This document shows positions 14,501-26,527 of a DNA stretch of 64,000 nucleotides, one piece after another. Origin of the DNA: Rhizophagus irregularis (Eukaryota); contig NC_089434.1 of assembly GCF_026210795.1 (NCBI RefSeq), positions 992,001 to 1,056,000 on the forward strand, written 5' to 3'. The notes under the pieces were generated by a model. That model did not search any database. It was given only the letters and a program-made list of their open reading frames with translations, and was not told the DNA's origin. The translations under genes and the position numbers were made by a program. Each line of letters starts with the position of its first letter. The stretch's first letter is position 1.

Positions 14501-15772
14501 TCTTTTTCACATTTATATGGTTCACCACATTTTTTACAATGTATAATTGGAAAAATAATAATATAATTTTCCGTATCTGGATTTTGTGATATTCCATATA
14601 TTTTAGAATATTTATTGAATTTGATCTATTAAAATTAAAAAAAAAATTAATCAGTATGTTTCCAACTAAACGCATATCTAAGGGCCATGACATTTATTAC
14701 GTAATATTTTGTAGGGTGCAAAAATCTTACGTTACACTTAAGTAATTTAATTGGCTGCACTATATCTTACGGGGTTTGCGCTAATAAAAGGATATTGCGT
14801 AATATATGTCCCGGCCATAAAGAATACATACCATATTTAAATGTTTAATGACATTTTGTGAATTATATAAATATTTTAAAGTAACCACTTTATTTGATTT
14901 TCTTGTCCATTCTCTGTCATTATAACACGATGGACCATTCTTCCATGTTGCAGAATATATTATATCAAAATCATCTTTACCTATTTCTTGGATATCACTT
15001 AGTTGATTGTATGGTATCCATTCAAATATTATATCCGATTTATAATCAATTTTTAATTGCATTTCGTGAATTATATTATCAATATTTTCATTTCCACTTC
15101 TAATCAAATTTTCTTTAAAATAATTAATTTTACATGGTTCACACCATTCTTTAATTATATTTGTATATATTTTGCCACAATTCACACAATATATATCTTG
15201 AAAAACAATAATATAATCTTCCGTATTTGGATATTGAGATATTCCATGTATTCTAAGAACTTCACCAATATAAGTTATTGAATATTTTTTATCCTGATAG
15301 AAAAAAAAATATTATTATAAATGTATGACAATTAAATTCAAAGAAGTTTTCTTATTACTACCTGCTGGTCAATAAAAAATTCATTAATGATATTTCGTAA
15401 ATTATATAATTTTAAGACAACTTTTTTGTTTTGTTGTTTTCTTGTATATTCGTTTTTATTTTTATCATAATCTAATGGTCCATCTTTCCATATAGCCAAG
15501 TGTACTTTATCAGAACCTTCACCTATTTCTTTAATATCATCAAATTGATCATATGGTATCCATTCAAATATCATATCATCCAGCTCATTAATTTCTAATT
15601 GCATTTCTTGAATTAAATTATCAATTTTTTCATTTTCACTAGTCCAATTTGTAAAATTTTGTTTTAAATTATTTATTTGACATGATTTACACCATTCATA
15701 TATAGCATCATATTTACTCGTGTATTTTTCTCCACATTTCTTACACTGATCGTCGTCATCTTGTGATGACAT
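11591..15772 (-). CDS. 7-exon TKL-type protein kinase with five extra Cys-motif/N-lobe modules before one complete kinase domain (possibly splice-defective)
   Basis: Exons approx 15772-15362, 15293-14832, 14625-14179, 14098-13647, 13484-13032, 12961-12509, 12436-11591; repeats of CxxC..WCxxC, NWTSGN, EWIPY, AIWKDG, YGISQ; last exon has HRDLHTGN, DMG, YVAPE, DIYSFG. Confidence 0.85.
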
Positions 15773-17567
15773 TTTACAAAATTACTAAGTTGGAAAAAAA
15801 TGTTAAAGCCAATGAACTTATTTTACAAAAAAAAAAAAAAGGGAAATAAAAAAAAAAGGCGAAACAAAATTCAAAATAATTGTACACGTACCGGTCGTAC
15901 CGTATTTATCAAGTAAATTAAAAGGTTGTAAAATATTAAACCATTTACGTACTAAAATGGTTTCATTTTATTTATTTTTGTTAATGATCCGCAAAAAGAT
16001 TTCTCTAATATCGTTCTATTTATACGAATTGTGTACATATAAACATGAATATGTTCCCACGTGATTCGTGTGGAATATGAAATTACTCATAATCGACGGT
16101 ATGCATACTATAAATAAATAGTTTTCTGCTGCGGTTTAAACCACAATTTTGAACTTTGATTTCAAAATAAAATTTTAACAAACTATTTTTACACTTTTTT
16201 ATTTGAAAACCAAATTATAATACCGCATATTAGAATTCTTAATTGGCAAAATATTTTATTCGTAATTTCCATGATTACTTCGTTAATTACTTAGGTTTTT
16301 GATTTATTTGTAATATCTTTAGCTAGCAGGAATCTGAACAAGAAGCATATTTAGAAAAGAAATATATATATAAGTAGAAAGTTAAATAAAAATATTACGG
16401 TCATGCCAAATAATACATTCAATACATTCGATACGAAACAATTTAAATAACTATGAATATGAAACATTATTTGAATTATTTGAATATATGAACGCAACGT
16501 ATAAAATACAAATTTTATTAGAACAAAACTATTTATCACCAAATTGCATTAAGAATCATTTATTAACTTGCAAAAAATGTAAAGTACATTTAGTTCATTC
16601 ATGTAATGATTTAAATATTTGAATTTAAATAATAAAATTATCATTAACAGAATTTATAATGAAAAAAAAATGAAGACACTTCTTTGAAACTGATTATGGT
16701 AACAGAATAGGTATATTAGAGATGTGAATTAACAATGTTATCTATTCCCAATCATGTTCCGTAATTCTTTTTTTACATTGGACGTGACATATTCTACTAC
16801 ATTTAGACTATTGCAATGAATAAAATTTCAGACAACCTACCAGGAAAAATGATATGTACCAAAGTGTTTCAGTATATTGCTATTTTGATTATGCGATGCT
16901 CTTAAAATATCGAAATTAGTATACAATACTTCAACTCTACTTAACGTTTAGTGGAACTAAATAATATTTAACGCGACCCCATAAAAAATTTGCGATTATT
17001 ATTTAGGTATTTAACTCTCTTTGATCGAACATTTCTCTATTTTTTAACTCTTACATAGAACTTTTTGGTCTTTTTCGACCGTAAAAATTTTTTGGTCAAA
17101 TGATCGACAAGGAAAAGTTTTTTCGTTATATATTTTTAGTGATACCATTTAATAAATAATATGATATTTTGCATAAAACAATTCTTAACCTTGTATTTCG
17201 AAAATTAAATGTATTTAGAATACTACTGTATATTTAAAGAAAAACACTATATCACACTTTTATCATTTTTATTAGAAAATTATTTAATTCCTACAAGAAA
17301 ATTCTTATCACTTTCTAGTAATTTAGTAATTTAGAAATTATTTCCGCATTCCTAATAATCGCAAGGTGCGATATCATAGATATACGGGGCGACGTCGGGG
17401 CGATATGCAGGGGTTGAAAAAAAGGTGTACAAAATTTTTGGCGTATTATGCACAGTATACTAAAATAGTGTAAATGTAGTACCAGTAAATGTTGTGTAAT
17501 AAAATAATACAATACAAATAACTAATTGTTTTTGATTTTAATAATACATAGAAATTTCTTCTCAAGA

Positions 17568-20027
17568 ATGTCTTCAAATAATATTACAAATGATAATGAA
17601 AATTTCTTAAAAGCCTTTTTAAAAGGTTTTTATCGTCAAATTATAAATATAAAGAATTATAATAAATATGAAAATATTTTATCAGAATGGATACAAGAAT
17701 TTCTAATTTATAATGAAAAAAATCCTGAAATAATTTTAAAATTAATGGAAGATCATAAAGAAAATGAAAATTGGTTCTCAAGTTTGATAGGATTTTTTTA
17801 TGAGTGTGATATAGCACTAGAGCATGATATTATTAGTAAGAATAAATGTTATGAATTATATTTATTATCAATTAATAAATATGAAAAAAGTGAAAATAAA
17901 AGTTTAAATTCCATGTATCAATTACTTAATATCATTATTTCAAAATATTTATTATCATTCCATTATTATAAGGATATTTTATATAATAAATATTCAATTG
18001 CAAAGGAATTTAGAAATTTAGAACATGCACATGCACATATGATGTCTTATAATCAGTTTGAAAATTTTAATGGATTGGAAATAAATTTATGTAAAGATGA
18101 GATTAATACTATGGAAAAATATTTTGAATTATTAGATAAAAGTTCTATTGAACTTAATATTAATAAGAAAGAGTTAGTAACATTAAATAATCTAGGTTAT
18201 TGTTATCAATATGGAATAGAAAGAAAGAAAGACAACTTTAAAGCATTTGAATTTTATCTAAAATCAGCAGAAGGAGGAAATTTAAGTGCACAAAATAATT
18301 TAGGGTATTGTTATCAAAATGGAATTGGAATAGAAAAAAATGAAAAAAAAGCATTTGAATGGTATTTAAAAGCTGCTAATGAAGGAGACATACATGCACA
18401 ATATAATGTGGGTATTTGTTATCAAAATGGAATAGGCATTAACAAAGATGATAAGAAAGCTTTTGAATGGTATGTTATATCTGCTAAAGAATATTCACAA
18501 GCACAAAATATATTAGGTAGTTGTTATCAAAATGAAATTGGAGTAAATAAAGATTTAAAAAAAGCCATTTATTGGTATGAAAAAGCAGTGGAAAGTAGAA
18601 ATAAATTTGCACAATATAATTTAGGTAAATGTTATGAAGATGGTAAAGGAGTAGAAAAAGATGAAGTTAAAGCTTTTAAATTATACAAAGAATCAGCTGA
18701 ACAAGAGTATAAGGACGCACAATTTCAACTTGGAAAATGTTATGATGAAGGAATTGGAATTGATGAAATTAATGATGCAAAAGCATTTGAATTGTATAAA
18801 ATGGCAGCAGAAAAAGAGCATGATGTTGCACAGAATTATTTAGGATTTTTATTTGAGTATGGTGTAGGCATAGAAAAAAATCTACAACAAGCCATTTATT
18901 GGTACAATAAATCAGCAAATAATGGTAATGAAGAAGCTCAGTTTATTCTTGGGGAATACTATTTAAAAGGTTATGATGGATTTGAAAAAGATGAAATTAA
19001 AGCTTTTGAATATTACAAAAAATCATCTGACCAAGGATATTTGGATGCTCAAATTCAACTTGCATGTTGTTATGACAAGGGACTTGGAACTGAAATTAAT
19101 AAAACAAAAGCATTTGAGTTATATAAAATAGCAGCAGTAAAAGGTAATAGTTTTGCGCAGAATAATTTGGGAACTTTATTTAAGTGTGGTGAAGGTACGG
19201 AAATAGATTTTAAACAAGCCATTTATTGGTATAATAAAGCAGCGGAAAATGGAAATAAAGTAGCACTATATAATTTAGGTAATTGTTACAGAAAAGGTGA
19301 AGGAACGGAAAAGGCTGCAGTTAAAGCTTTTGAATACTATAAAAAATCATCTGATCAAGGATATTTGGATGCTCAATTTCAGCTCGGATGTTGTTATGAT
19401 AAAGGAATTGGAACTGAAATTAGTAAAACAAAAGCATTTAAGATATTTAGAATAGCAGCAGATAATGGACATAAAGTAGCACAGGCTAATTTAGGAGAAT
19501 ATTATGAATTGGGGATTGGTGTAGACAAGAATGAAATTAAAGCATTTGAATATTTTAAAAAATCAGCTGAAAGTGGATTTGTAGAAGCAAAATTTATACT
19601 TGGATATTATTATATAAATGGAATTGGAACTGAAATTAATAGGGAAAAAGGATTCGAATTATATAATGAAGCAGCTGGTAAAAGTGATAATGTTGAAAAT
19701 ATTTTATGTAAAAATGAAGATGAAATAGAAAATAATTTGGATAAAGTTAATTATTGGTATCATAAAGCTGCGGAAAATGACAATAAACTTGCATTATATA
19801 AATTAGGTGAATACTATGAATGCATTTGTAAAAATGAAATGCGAGCATTTGAATTTTATAAAAAATCAGCTAGTCAAGGATTTATAGATGCTTTTTATAA
19901 ACTTGGACATTTTTATTGTAATGGAATCCTAGTTGATTTTGATAGGGAGAAAGCATTTCTATTATATAAAATAGCTGCTGAAAGAGGAAATGTTGATGCA
20001 CAAAAATGTCTTGCATCTTTATATTAG
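17568..20027 (+). CDS. Sel1-like repeat (SLR) protein
   Basis: Single long ORF, ATG at 17568; many ~36-aa repeats AQxNLGxCYxxGxGxEKDxxKAFEWYxKAAExG. Confidence 0.92.
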   Translation: MSSNNITNDNENFLKAFLKGFYRQIINIKNYNKYENILSEWIQEFLIYNEKNPEIILKLMEDHKENENWFSSLIGFFYECDIALEHDIISKNKCYELYLLSINKYEKSENKSLNSMYQLLNIIISKYLLSFHYYKDILYNKYSIAKEFRNLEHAHAHMMSYNQFENFNGLEINLCKDEINTMEKYFELLDKSSIELNINKKELVTLNNLGYCYQYGIERKKDNFKAFEFYLKSAEGGNLSAQNNLGYCYQNGIGIEKNEKKAFEWYLKAANEGDIHAQYNVGICYQNGIGINKDDKKAFEWYVISAKEYSQAQNILGSCYQNEIGVNKDLKKAIYWYEKAVESRNKFAQYNLGKCYEDGKGVEKDEVKAFKLYKESAEQEYKDAQFQLGKCYDEGIGIDEINDAKAFELYKMAAEKEHDVAQNYLGFLFEYGVGIEKNLQQAIYWYNKSANNGNEEAQFILGEYYLKGYDGFEKDEIKAFEYYKKSSDQGYLDAQIQLACCYDKGLGTEINKTKAFELYKIAAVKGNSFAQNNLGTLFKCGEGTEIDFKQAIYWYNKAAENGNKVALYNLGNCYRKGEGTEKAAVKAFEYYKKSSDQGYLDAQFQLGCCYDKGIGTEISKTKAFKIFRIAADNGHKVAQANLGEYYELGIGVDKNEIKAFEYFKKSAESGFVEAKFILGYYYINGIGTEINREKGFELYNEAAGKSDNVENILCKNEDEIENNLDKVNYWYHKAAENDNKLALYKLGEYYECICKNEMRAFEFYKKSASQGFIDAFYKLGHFYCNGILVDFDREKAFLLYKIAAERGNVDAQKCLASLY

Positions 20028-22789
20028 TTAGGTGAAGGAACTGAAGTAAATATCAAATTAGCTGTTTATTGGTACAAGAAAGCCTTAGAAAATGTATGTC
20101 AAGAAGTCAAGAACATAAAGAAAATTTAGATATTCTTTTAAAGTATCAAGAATGTTTTTATTATGTTTCTAGTTTGGTTCAAATACATAATGACCTTATA
20201 ATAAATTTAAAGCCTTAACACATAGTTCAATTGGAAATTTATGAAATATTTTATGTACTAATTGAATGTTGATTACATGTTTTTATTTTTGTGTTCGGTT
20301 TGAAATGATAAACTTGTATTTTTTCCCAAAATTAATGTTTACTCGATCGATACAAAGGGAAGATTGTATAAAAGCTTACGTAAAAAAATAATATCCAACT
20401 TATATTTTGTGTCAGTAAAATTTGATATTAAATTCACATTCAGTTTATGACCTTAATTAGAAAATTTTAATGATTCTGCGAATTTATTACTTTTAGATTT
20501 CATCATTTGCATTGTACAGCAATTTTGATTCATGTTAATTCAGACTCGTGAAAGATAAACAAACTTATTCATGTGATAAAAGAGTAGTTGATTATATATA
20601 CCCATGTACCGTACTTTGTAGAATTGCGCCTGAGTGGGATAGTTTTTTTTTAAATAATATAGTAATAAATTAAAGTATCATTTAAAGGACAAATTAGCTG
20701 TAGTTTTCTAAATGTGAATAGCGGCAAAATTTCATCAATAATTCATATCAAACGGTAAAGAAGTGTTGAAGTGGGCTTTACGTGATTACGTCGATACCAG
20801 ATGATATATGCCCGTGTAAAGTCAATGAATCTGATGGTAAGACTAAAATAACAAGGGAATCTAAAACTGAATTTATTATTTTATATGATTAAAAATATTG
20901 ATTGCATCTGCTAATATCTTGAAGTCTCTCTGTTGCAAAGTAAATATGCAAAGTAAATAATATAAAAGATTTTAGAATCTAATAAAAAACCATCAGAATA
21001 TTTTTTTTTGTCAACTTGCCACAAATAAAATTGGAATATTCAAATAATTTCATGTTCTGCTTCTAATCTTCGTTATTGGAGTGAAATATTGTAAAAAATG
21101 AATTATTTTTAGTGAAATATTGTAATTATTTTTGTTATAAATGTAGAAAATTAATTGTGAAGTAAAGTGAAATATTGTATAAAAAAAAAATAAAATCCTA
21201 TTTACAAGATGAAGGAAAGGTAAAGGTATTTATATAGTTTTTTCTTTGAGATGTATTTATATAATATGTGAATGCTTTTTCACATAAGAATTATACGTGA
21301 TACGCCAATGAGTCATGACTAATATTATAACATTCTTATACTCTAGTACCTTGCGCAATACGATTCTAGGAAAAAAAAATAAGTAATAAAGTAATGAAAA
21401 AAATTCTATATTTCCCTTTTCCTTGCATTACCTTTAAGAGTCTATTTAAATTTTATTTTTTATTGATCATTGTCACGCGATTTTTCCGATGATTCAAAGT
21501 AATACGTTATTATTAGTCTCTAGTGTTATTTTGACAACTCTAACGTTATTTTAACACTTTTTTCTTATTTTATGGAAAAGTGTTGAAGTGGTAGAGTAAA
21601 GACGAACGGAAAATACAGAAAATGGCAAAAAAGATAATGAGTCATGCCAAAATGATGCGCCACCGAAAAGTTCGGTTTAAATGTGATTTCGGATAGTAGT
21701 CTCATATTAATCAATTACGTCAGATTAGATTAAATTATCAATTTTCCGCCCGCCGCTTTCTCTTCACTATAAACTCATATTTAAAAGAAGAGTACCTAAG
21801 CCTAAACGACATTTATGGTTAAAAAATGTTCGTCAAATTTTGTCATTCGAAAAACGAGTAATAATATTATATTAAGGATACGATGTATCGAGAATAATCG
21901 CCTTGTGTATCGTAAAAATAAAAAAAATAGTTTAATTATCGATGTCTTAACTATGACTCATTCACGTGTTTCAAAAAATTTGGTAACACATTATTATTTT
22001 TAAGCAACGAAAATACGAAAATTTGAAAATATCAATCTTCAAATCATATTATCAACTTTTATTATTAAAAAATTTTCAAAAATTTAAACGGGGGTAAATT
22101 TTTATTTGTCAACCGCTAAATTTGAATTTCGGCAAATGTGGCTGATGAAATGATGGCTGATACAATATGAAAATGATCATCAGGTGATTGAATACTAACA
22201 AGAGACGGAGTGGCGAATATTTTATTGTAAAGTTTATTTTTTTTACATCTAAATTAATTATTTCAACAAACAATAAACGAATATTATATAACTAAATTTA
22301 ATTTTAAACCCCTTTTTCTTCTAAATGTAATTAAATATATGAGTTAGTGATTACCGAAGATGCGGTCGTAAAAGGTATATAGTATATCATGTGATTTTGA
22401 TTCAGAATTATGATAATTCTGGTAATTTCGGCAAAAAAAATTTGCAACAATTCATATTAACGATCACCGTGACTTTAATGAATTTATTTTTTTTATATTT
22501 ATACATTTCCTTGTATGAATCATATTATCACGCATGAGATATTATAAAATTTAAATTTAAAATATTTTAAAATTTATTTAATAAAAACGCGTTTAGTTTA
22601 CGCTACTAATACAGTATAATAATATAATGAGAAAAAATAAAAAAATAAATTATTCAAATTATCAAACTAAGAATTTGAAGAAAATCTCATAAGTCATAGT
22701 GTTTAAATAATTTATGATAATATCTAAATATCTAAAAGAAAAAAAAATATTACTTTAAATTTAGTAATTTATGGTAAATTTTAAACATT

Positions 22790-23170
22790 TTAAAAATATC
22801 AGGAATTTCCTATTCATCTTGTTCTTCTGAATGAAGTTTAGAACTGTTATGTACTTCATCTTCCCTATAAAAAAAGAAAATTCGGAATTTGTCCTGAAAA
22901 GTATGGAAAATGTCCGGAAATTTTCCGTGCGTCCGGAAAACATTCGGAAACGGTCATGTTTTGGAACATTTTCCGGACGCTCGATTCTGGACAAATTCTG
23001 GACAAATTCTGGAGTGTCAAGAAAATGTCTGGAATTTGTGCGTCCGGAAAGTGTTCCAAAACATGACCGTTTCCGAATGTTTTCCGGACGCACGGAAAAT
23101 TTCCGGACTTTTTCCATACTTTTCAGGACAAATTCCGAATTTTCTTTTTTTATAGGGCTTCGTCTATCGA
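22790..23170 (-). pseudogene. Remnant of a kinase 3' exon (DEDEVHNSSKLHSEEQDE*EIPD) split by a MITE
   Basis: Similar to 54895-54968 (EDDTYNNPNLHSEEQNELEIPD) once the MITE and one CTT are removed. Confidence 0.65.
22863..23157. mobile_element. 295-bp near-palindromic MITE, CCCTA...TAGGG termini, 3-bp TSD CTT
   Basis: ~118-bp TIRs; CTT on both sides; near-identical copy at 61156-61450. Confidence 0.92.
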
Positions 23171-23309
23171 ATATAAAATTAAAAATCATAAAATACTGCT
23201 GTAGAATAATTATTATAAGAATTTAAATAATTTTTTTATCATCGTACCATCATCATTGATATGAAGTTTCTTTACTTGTTGTTGCATTGTTACAATCTTA
23301 TAATCATTT

Positions 23310-23470
23310 TGAATATCTAAAAAATCAGCTGAAAAAGGATATTTAAATGGAATATATATACTTGGATGCTATTATAAGAATGGGATTGGAACCGAGAAAA
23401 GGCAGTTGAATTGTATAAAGATGCTGCTAACAGAGGAAATAAAGATGCATGAAAAAGACTAGAAATGATA
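23310..23470 (+). pseudogene. Sel1-repeat fragment
   Basis: KSAEKGYLNGIYILGCYYKNGIGT and KAVELYKDAANRGNKDA with frameshifts and a stop. Confidence 0.7.
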
Positions 23471-24559
23471 AGTTCAGTCTAATCATATTTTTATAATAGT
23501 TCAAAATCGTTTCTATCATTCTACTATTTTGATTATTTTTTTATTTTATAAAATTATAATTATTATATATTTTGTATAATCTATTATTTATTCTATATTT
23601 TATCATATTAATGTTATTATATTCATTATTAAAATGAATGACTTAATATTATAAATTTGATTATTATTAAATAAATATAGCTTAAAGAAGCAAGTATTTC
23701 AAATTGAATTGTATCATGTTATATATTGTCGGTGTATGGCGGAGTCTTTGCACAGAACTGAAATATTGTGAGAAATAGTTTTTTACATCCGTAGTATATA
23801 TTTATCACGTGAAAATAACGATAAATTTAAAAAGAAATTAAAAAAATAAAATTGGCACCGAATAAATTATAATTCAATTCCTTGACTAATTTCATCAATA
23901 ACTTGGAATTATTTCTATTTTGATAAATGTCAAAGACCTGCTATGGGTAATTGCAGTTCTCTTAACCAATAAATTAAAGAGGATATTATTTGTATAACTT
24001 CTACTACTTTAAATAAAGATTATAGTAATAACTTTCCATTCAATTATTAAATTAAAAAAAAAATCCATTTTGCTTTCATATCCCACCTGAGTAGATCCGA
24101 AGAAACTTTATATCGTTACATTATACCTCATGTCTCTTTACATCATCTAATAACAAAATATCAAAGTAATTTCATATAATCATATCTTATATATCTTATA
24201 TACAATAAAAATTGATCTTTACCTATTTAAAAAGTAATAAAGTGGGTGTTTGGCAAGTTATATTACGTGTTTCTCCAAAAATTTGATATATTATAGTAAG
24301 TTTTTTTATTAGATAAAATATTGATTAGATACTGTAATATCGTTGACTTTATATGAGTAATAATGCAAACTAACATATTTTATCGATACGCAGTATATTA
24401 TAATCAGTATATAAATTTGTTATACTTACATCTGCAAATTTTCCATATAACTTAGATAGACTTTCAGTATACTTTTTTATAGTCCGAAACATAAGCATAG
24501 AACTCCAAATTAGGGAATATTAAATTCTAAGATCTTGTGTAACCATCAAATTTCATTTT

Positions 24560-25260
24560 TTAAAACGCCAAAATGAAGTTTTTCGTGTCTATAATAATTA
24601 GCTATTAAATAATACTATAGTATAAGTATTTAATTAATCTTAACTCAGTCCCACAGTCCAAATAAACTCAGATAATCGATAGTCTCCCTATTTCCCACAG
24701 GTTTACATATGAAAATGCCGAAATGAAACTTTAATCTCTATAATAATTAGTTATTAAATAATACTATAGTATAAGTATTTAAGCGTCTATAATAATTAGT
24801 TATTAAATAATATTATAGTATCTTAACTCAGTCCCACAGTCCAAATAAACTCAGATAGTTGATAGTCTCCCTAGTTCCCACAGGTTTACATATGAAAACG
24901 CCAAATGAAACTTTGATCAGTTTTTGCGTCTATAATAATTAGTTATTAAATAATATTATAGTATCTTAACTCAATCCCACAGTCCAAATAAACTCAGATA
25001 GTTGATAGTCTCCCTAGTTCCCACAGGTTTACATATGAAAACGCCAAAATGAAACTTTGATCAGTTTTTACGTCTATAATAATTAGTTATTAAATAATAT
25101 TATAGTATCTTAACTCAATCCCACAGTCCAAATAAACTCAGATAGTTGATAGTCTCCCTAGTTCCTACAGGTTTACATATGAAAATGCCGAAGTGAAACT
25201 TTGATCAGTTTTTGCGTCTATAATAATTAGTTATTAAATAATACTATAGTTACAGTATTT
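24560..25260. repeat. Tandem repeat, ~143-bp unit, about four full copies plus partials
   Basis: TCTATAATAATTAG...TCCCACAGTCCAAATAAACTCAGATA recurs near 24588, 24786, 24929, 25073, 25217. Confidence 0.9.
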
Positions 25261-26300
25261 AATTAATCTTGTTATGTTTACTCAAGAGATACTAATACCA
25301 TTTCTAAACTATATATCAAAAATAAATTTAGCTTGAATAAAAATTTTTAATAAATTTATTTAATTAACAATAATAAAAGCTTTAATAATATGGGAATATT
25401 GCACAATATCATATAATCTTTAATTATATGGTTTATAGGGAGTATTAACTATGTACTATAAGCCACAATTATACATATTAGTCATCATTAAATCAATTAA
25501 TATTACTAGTTTAGGTTAAATAACTTATAAATTAATTGTGACTCATAGATAATCTTGATTTTTTTATCTATTTTATTATTATTCACTATGTATCTATGTA
25601 TTCAAAGGGTTTTAAAAAATATATAAATACCCTTAATTTCCTCAAGGAAAAAATCAAAAACCAAATTTCAATATTATTATTTTTCAAATCTTACAAATCT
25701 TACAAAACTTTTACTTTCAATTCAAATTTATAACTTACAATTACAAAATGTCTTATCATTTGTGTCCAAATACTATCAATACTATCTTAAATGAATTTCC
25801 TATCAACAAATGTTACAATAATCCTTTACCTATCATTGAAACATCTCAACCTTATTTACCATTACTTACCGGATTTTTTTACATTCTTTTTATAATTCTC
25901 CTCATATATACCAACATTCTCACTAATACAATTGTCCTAATTCTTCACTTATTAAAATTCGTGTGCACTATAATCATTTCTCTCAACCAACTCCCTTCTC
26001 TTCCTTCATATCTATTTATATTTTATTCTTTTAAACATTTATTATTATCAATTCTTTTTCGCATTTTATTTACATTATTATCTATTCTTCTTCATTTTCT
26101 TTATTTACTCAATTGCATAATTCAGATTCTCATTTTTTCTTATTCTCTACTTTATAAAATAACCTATTTAGTGAATATTATTCTCCTTTTAATCTCCCAA
26201 TATCTTAATTAAATAAACTTATATTACGTAGCTTGGCCCATTGCTTACCAAATATAGCATGGAGACGTAATCTTTCCCCTTTGGTCAACTTGGGATTACT

Positions 26301-26527
26301 TGACCATTCTTAGATAGATAATTTTTACAAGGGGATCGTTTGCATCGCCCATGAAGCATAGCGATTGGTGTCAGAGAGATCCTTTGTCTTGTAAAAATTT
26401 ACCCTTTCTTGATCATTTGACCATTCTTTGATAGATAAATTTTACAAGGGGATCGTTTGCATCGCCCTTAATTGGTGTCAGAGAGGTCCTTTGTCTTGTA
26501 AAATTTACCTTTCTTGTGATCATTTGA
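26301..26527. repeat. Two tandem ~117-bp units, each a hairpin
   Basis: TTTTACAAGGGGATC ... GRTCCTTTGTCTTGTAAAA in both units. Confidence 0.85.

Noticed and set aside
22761..23226. Overlapping ORFs on both strands (also 61057-61453)
   Set aside because: Artefacts of the palindromic 295-bp MITE
25748..26212. 154-aa hydrophobic ORF as a confident gene
   Set aside because: Low complexity and no recognisable motif; kept only as part of a low-interest finding
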